Shown piece after piece: positions 30,363 to 33,271 of a stretch of 33,271 nt of DNA. Each line of letters opens with the position of its first letter. The first letter of the stretch is position 1. The notes under the pieces were generated by a model, which made no database searches, was not told the DNA's origin, and saw only the letters and a program-made list of their open reading frames with translations. Origin of the DNA: a virus; the IMG/VR virus record IMGVR_UViG_3300009495_000004; one strand, written 5' to 3'. The translations under genes and the position numbers were made by a program.

Positions 30363-33271
30363 ATGGCAACTTTATATAATACAAAAATTTCCGAAACTTA
30401 TACAGGTTTAATAAAGTCTATTGATAATTTAGCATTAACTGCATCTTTAAAAGAATTAACAGATGGATCAGGATCCTCAACAGGAATATTTTTAAATACT
30501 TCAGGAGATTTTAAAGTTACATCAATATTAGAATTTGGATCTTTAAAAGACACAGGCGAGAATATTATTATAAGCAAGTTTGTAGATGCTGCTGATGGTA
30601 TAGGGAACAACGACAACGATACGACAATACCAACAACTGCAGCAATAATTGATTACGTTGCAGCTCAAATTACTATAGAAGATTTAGATTTTACAGGAGA
30701 TACAGGATCTGGACAAATAGATTTAGATTCTCAAATATTTGCAATTGGGGGAACAACTAATGAAATAACAACAGTGGCCTCAGGACAATCAATAACATTT
30801 TCTTTAGATTCTACAGGTGTTAATTTGCCTGACAATTCAACTGCTATTACACAAACAGCAGGAGATAATTCAACTAAAATAGCGACAACTTCTTATGTTG
30901 ATACTTTAGATGCAGCATCTGATTTAGATATAACAGATGGAACAAATACAGGAGATGTAAACCTTAACACACAATCTTTAAGCATCTTAGGAACTACAAA
31001 CGAAATTGAGAGCGTTGTAAGTGGGCAAAGCGTTACAATTGGTTTACCATCAACTATTAATACTAATTTAGTTGGTAACGTAACAGGCAATTTAACAGGC
31101 GATGTGGTTGGCGATTTAACAGGAAATGTAACTTCAACTTCGGTATTAGCAAATGGAGTTACTGCTACAACTCAATCTTCAAGCGATGATTCAACAAAGG
31201 TTGCGACAACTGCTTATGTAAAAGGTTTAAATAATGCAAGCGACTTAGATTTCACAACAGACTCTGGAAGTGGAGCAGTTGTTTTAAACTCTGAAACATT
31301 AAGTGTGGTTGGAACAACAAATGAAATAATAACATCAGCACAACCTCTTGATGGACAAGTAATACAAATAGGTTTACCAAGTACAATAAATGTTAATTTA
31401 CAAGGAAACGTTACGGGGAATGTAACAGGAAATTTAACAGGTAATGTTACAGGAGATTTAACAGGCAATTCAGCAGGTACTCACACAGGTGCAGTTATAG
31501 GCAACGTAACAGGAAATGTAACAGGAGACCTAACAGGAAATGCAGATACGGCAACTGCTTGGGAAACTGCAAGAGATTTATCAGTAACAGGACAAGCATC
31601 TGCTACTATTACAGGTGTTGATGGAACATCAAATGTAAGTGCATCAATTACTTTAGATAATAACTCTGTAACAAGTAAAGTATTAACAGGTTTGCCTACT
31701 CCAGCTGCTTCAAGCGTTTTAGCAACAGATTCTATTGTTCAAGGTATAGGTAAACTACAATCTCAAATAAATGGCTTAGCGGGAGGCTTACGATTTATGG
31801 GAAGTTGGGATGCTACTAATAATAATCCAAGTTTATCATCTGGTGGTGGAGAAGCAACATCTGGAACAACTACATCAACAACTGCTAATAAATTAGTAGA
31901 TAGTTCAGCAAGTTTTTTAACAACAGTAACAGTAGGCGACCAAGTTATTAATCAAGTAGATGGGCAAAATGCATTAGTATCTAACGTAGATAGTGACACA
32001 ACTCTTTCTTTAGATAATGATATAATGGTTAGTGGGGAGGCTTATACAATAGACAATAGTCCTTTTATAACTCAAGGCCATTATTATGTTGTAAATGTTG
32101 GTGGAACAACGGCTTTAAATGGCATATCGAATTGGAGTGTTGGCGATTGGGTTATTGCAGGTGCAAATAATGAATGGACAAAATTAGATCATACTCAAAT
32201 TGATGGAACAGGAACAGGAGATGCTAACGATGGTAATATACCAAGATTTACTGCATCAAACATTATAGGAGATTCTATAATAAGAGAAACAGGAGGTAAT
32301 TTAATAACAGTATCAGGAACTTTAAGTACAACAGGAAATTTAAATGCTCAGGGAGATTTTGCTATAAACACAGATAAATTTACTACTCAAGCATCAACAG
32401 GTAATACTGCTTTTGCAGGAGATTTAGCAATCAATACAAATAAGTTTACTGTAAATGCTACAAGTGGAAATACAGCAATAGCAGGAGATGTAACTGCTAC
32501 ACAATACAATGTAAGCAACACATCAGGATATTTAGTTCGTGAAGATACAGGTTCAGGTTATGGTTTGTTTAAAAGTTCAACTACAAATATTGGAATAGCA
32601 TCAAATGGTAATGTAGCTTTAAATTTTGATAGTTCGAGCAACGCAACTTTTGCAGGAAATTTAACTGCAGTAAGAGGAATTTTTAATTCTGGAACAACAA
32701 ACAATGTAGCATCTTTTACAAGTACAGATGCAACTGCGAAATTACAATGTGTAGATAATGTAGGGCTTGTTAATTTTGGTGCAAATGGCGATGATTTTAT
32801 TGTACAACCTGCAGGAGGAACTACTCAATTTACAGTAGGAAGTTCATCTTCAACTTTTGCAGGAACAGTTACTGCACCAGAACTTCGTTTACAAGGAACA
32901 GGTACAACATATCTTAATATCGGAAATAATACTACAGGTTCAGCATCAAGTGATGGAGCAAGTATAGGTTATTTTACAGGGCAAAGTTCTTTACAAATTG
33001 TTCAAAGAGAAAATGATGCTATGGTTTTTTCAACTAATAATTCAGAATCAATGCGTATAGACAGTTCAGGAAACGTAGGAATTGCTTGGTCATCTCCATC
33101 TGATTTTACAAGTGTTAATGCAGATAATTTAGTTGTAGGTTCTGGAATTGGTAGTAATGGAATAACTGTTTTTAGTGCAACTAATGCTTATGGTCAATTA
33201 GCTTTTGCTGATGGAACAGGTACAAACGACCAATATAAAGGGTTAATACAATATGCACACCCAGACGATTC
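30363..33271 (+). CDS. Tail fibre protein, N-terminal part (3'-partial; no stop before the window end; continues at nt 117 after the 116-nt overlap)
   Basis: Translated by hand in frame 3 with no stop codon from the ATG at 30363 to 33271. Three tandem repeats of about 100 aa contain D(N/D)STK(I/V)ATT(S/A)YV. There are GN(V/L)TG pentapeptide runs, TATAWETARDL, and SMRIDSSGNVGIAW near the end. The ORF track omits it because it lacks a stop. Confidence 0.85.
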   Translation, partial: MATLYNTKISETYTGLIKSIDNLALTASLKELTDGSGSSTGIFLNTSGDFKVTSILEFGSLKDTGENIIISKFVDAADGIGNNDNDTTIPTTAAIIDYVAAQITIEDLDFTGDTGSGQIDLDSQIFAIGGTTNEITTVASGQSITFSLDSTGVNLPDNSTAITQTAGDNSTKIATTSYVDTLDAASDLDITDGTNTGDVNLNTQSLSILGTTNEIESVVSGQSVTIGLPSTINTNLVGNVTGNLTGDVVGDLTGNVTSTSVLANGVTATTQSSSDDSTKVATTAYVKGLNNASDLDFTTDSGSGAVVLNSETLSVVGTTNEIITSAQPLDGQVIQIGLPSTINVNLQGNVTGNVTGNLTGNVTGDLTGNSAGTHTGAVIGNVTGNVTGDLTGNADTATAWETARDLSVTGQASATITGVDGTSNVSASITLDNNSVTSKVLTGLPTPAASSVLATDSIVQGIGKLQSQINGLAGGLRFMGSWDATNNNPSLSSGGGEATSGTTTSTTANKLVDSSASFLTTVTVGDQVINQVDGQNALVSNVDSDTTLSLDNDIMVSGEAYTIDNSPFITQGHYYVVNVGGTTALNGISNWSVGDWVIAGANNEWTKLDHTQIDGTGTGDANDGNIPRFTASNIIGDSIIRETGGNLITVSGTLSTTGNLNAQGDFAINTDKFTTQASTGNTAFAGDLAINTNKFTVNATSGNTAIAGDVTATQYNVSNTSGYLVREDTGSGYGLFKSSTTNIGIASNGNVALNFDSSSNATFAGNLTAVRGIFNSGTTNNVASFTSTDATAKLQCVDNVGLVNFGANGDDFIVQPAGGTTQFTVGSSSSTFAGTVTAPELRLQGTGTTYLNIGNNTTGSASSDGASIGYFTGQSSLQIVQRENDAMVFSTNNSESMRIDSSGNVGIAWSSPSDFTSVNADNLVVGSGIGSNGITVFSATNAYGQLAFADGTGTNDQYKGLIQYAHPDD
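33156..33271. repeat. Terminal direct repeat, copy 2 (identical to 1..116)
   Basis: 116/116 nt identity with the window start. It is in phase with the fibre reading frame on both sides. Confidence 0.9.

Noticed and set aside
29763-30370. The shared 17-mer AAAATAATTATGGCAAC at the starts of 29774 and 30363 (both proteins begin MAT), considered as a regulatory repeat.
   Set aside because: There are only two copies, mostly A/T leader plus the first three codons. This is more simply explained by similar translation-initiation contexts. It may deserve a look if a motif scan finds more copies.
31075-31545. Short periodic nucleotide repeats (aac/aat gta aca gga aat tta aca ggc ...) that superficially resemble a repeat array.
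   Set aside because: They have a 15-nt period, lie in frame inside the tail-fibre ORF and encode GN(V/L)TG pentapeptide repeats. There are no spacers and no CRISPR-like repeat length or leader.
1-33271. Lysogeny module, mobile elements or a toxin-antitoxin/defence island (integrase, excisionase, CI-like repressor, transposase).
   Set aside because: No ORF shows tyrosine or serine recombinase, DDE transposase or classic repressor motifs. The only small DNA-binding candidates are the two RHH ORFs. Absence from a by-eye reading is not proof, so a virulent lifestyle is only tentatively inferred.

Overview
The window is an essentially complete, circularly closed genome of about 33.16 kb from a tailed dsDNA phage (Caudoviricetes). 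The first 116 nt are identical to the last 116 nt (1..116 = 33156..33271). This repeat lies inside one long tail-fibre gene that runs off the 3' end and resumes in frame at nt 1. The sequence is visibly AT-rich. Every convincing gene is on the + strand, and genes are tightly packed with ATGA/TAATG stop-start overlaps. Start codons follow A/T-rich leaders rather than GGAGG-type Shine-Dalgarno sites. Gene order is as follows. (1) Tail-fibre C-terminus. (2) Lysis cassette, 1904..3066. (3) Early recombination/replication module, 3258..8860: NinG-like, ERF-like annealase, two tandem RHH proteins, mini-SSB, RecA-fold ATPase, sigma-like factor, PD-(D/E)XK-like protein, FEN-type exonuclease. (4) 7-deazaguanine DNA-modification island, 8900..13021: ParB-fold protein, DpdA, QueC, QueD, QueE, PRTase-FolE fusion. 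(5) TerS/TerL, 13018..14512. (6) An island of about nine small unknown genes, 14499..16529. (7) Virion module, 16618..33271: frameshift-prone chaperone-like gene, neck proteins, large tail proteins, tape-measure-like protein, XkdF-type protease, scaffold, major capsid protein, portal-MuF fusion, tail fibre. Two intergenic promoters have the TTTG-N20-TAtaTTTG architecture typical of Bacteroidota, which suggests a Flavobacteriia-like host (inference). I saw no tRNA, rRNA, CRISPR array, integrase or transposase. The items most worth follow-up are: unusual variants within the deazaguanine island (Gpt-like PRTase fused to FolE, QueC lacking all four zinc cysteines, split radical-SAM motif in QueE, a ParB-fold protein next to DpdA); a 91-nt GC-rich structured element in front of a very acidic small protein; a T9 slippery run with two long overlapping open frames; and a recurrent CGTTATAT box 10-16 nt upstream of the start codons that open late modules, in a phage that encodes its own sigma-like factor. 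All functional calls come from motif recognition by eye. No database search was run.
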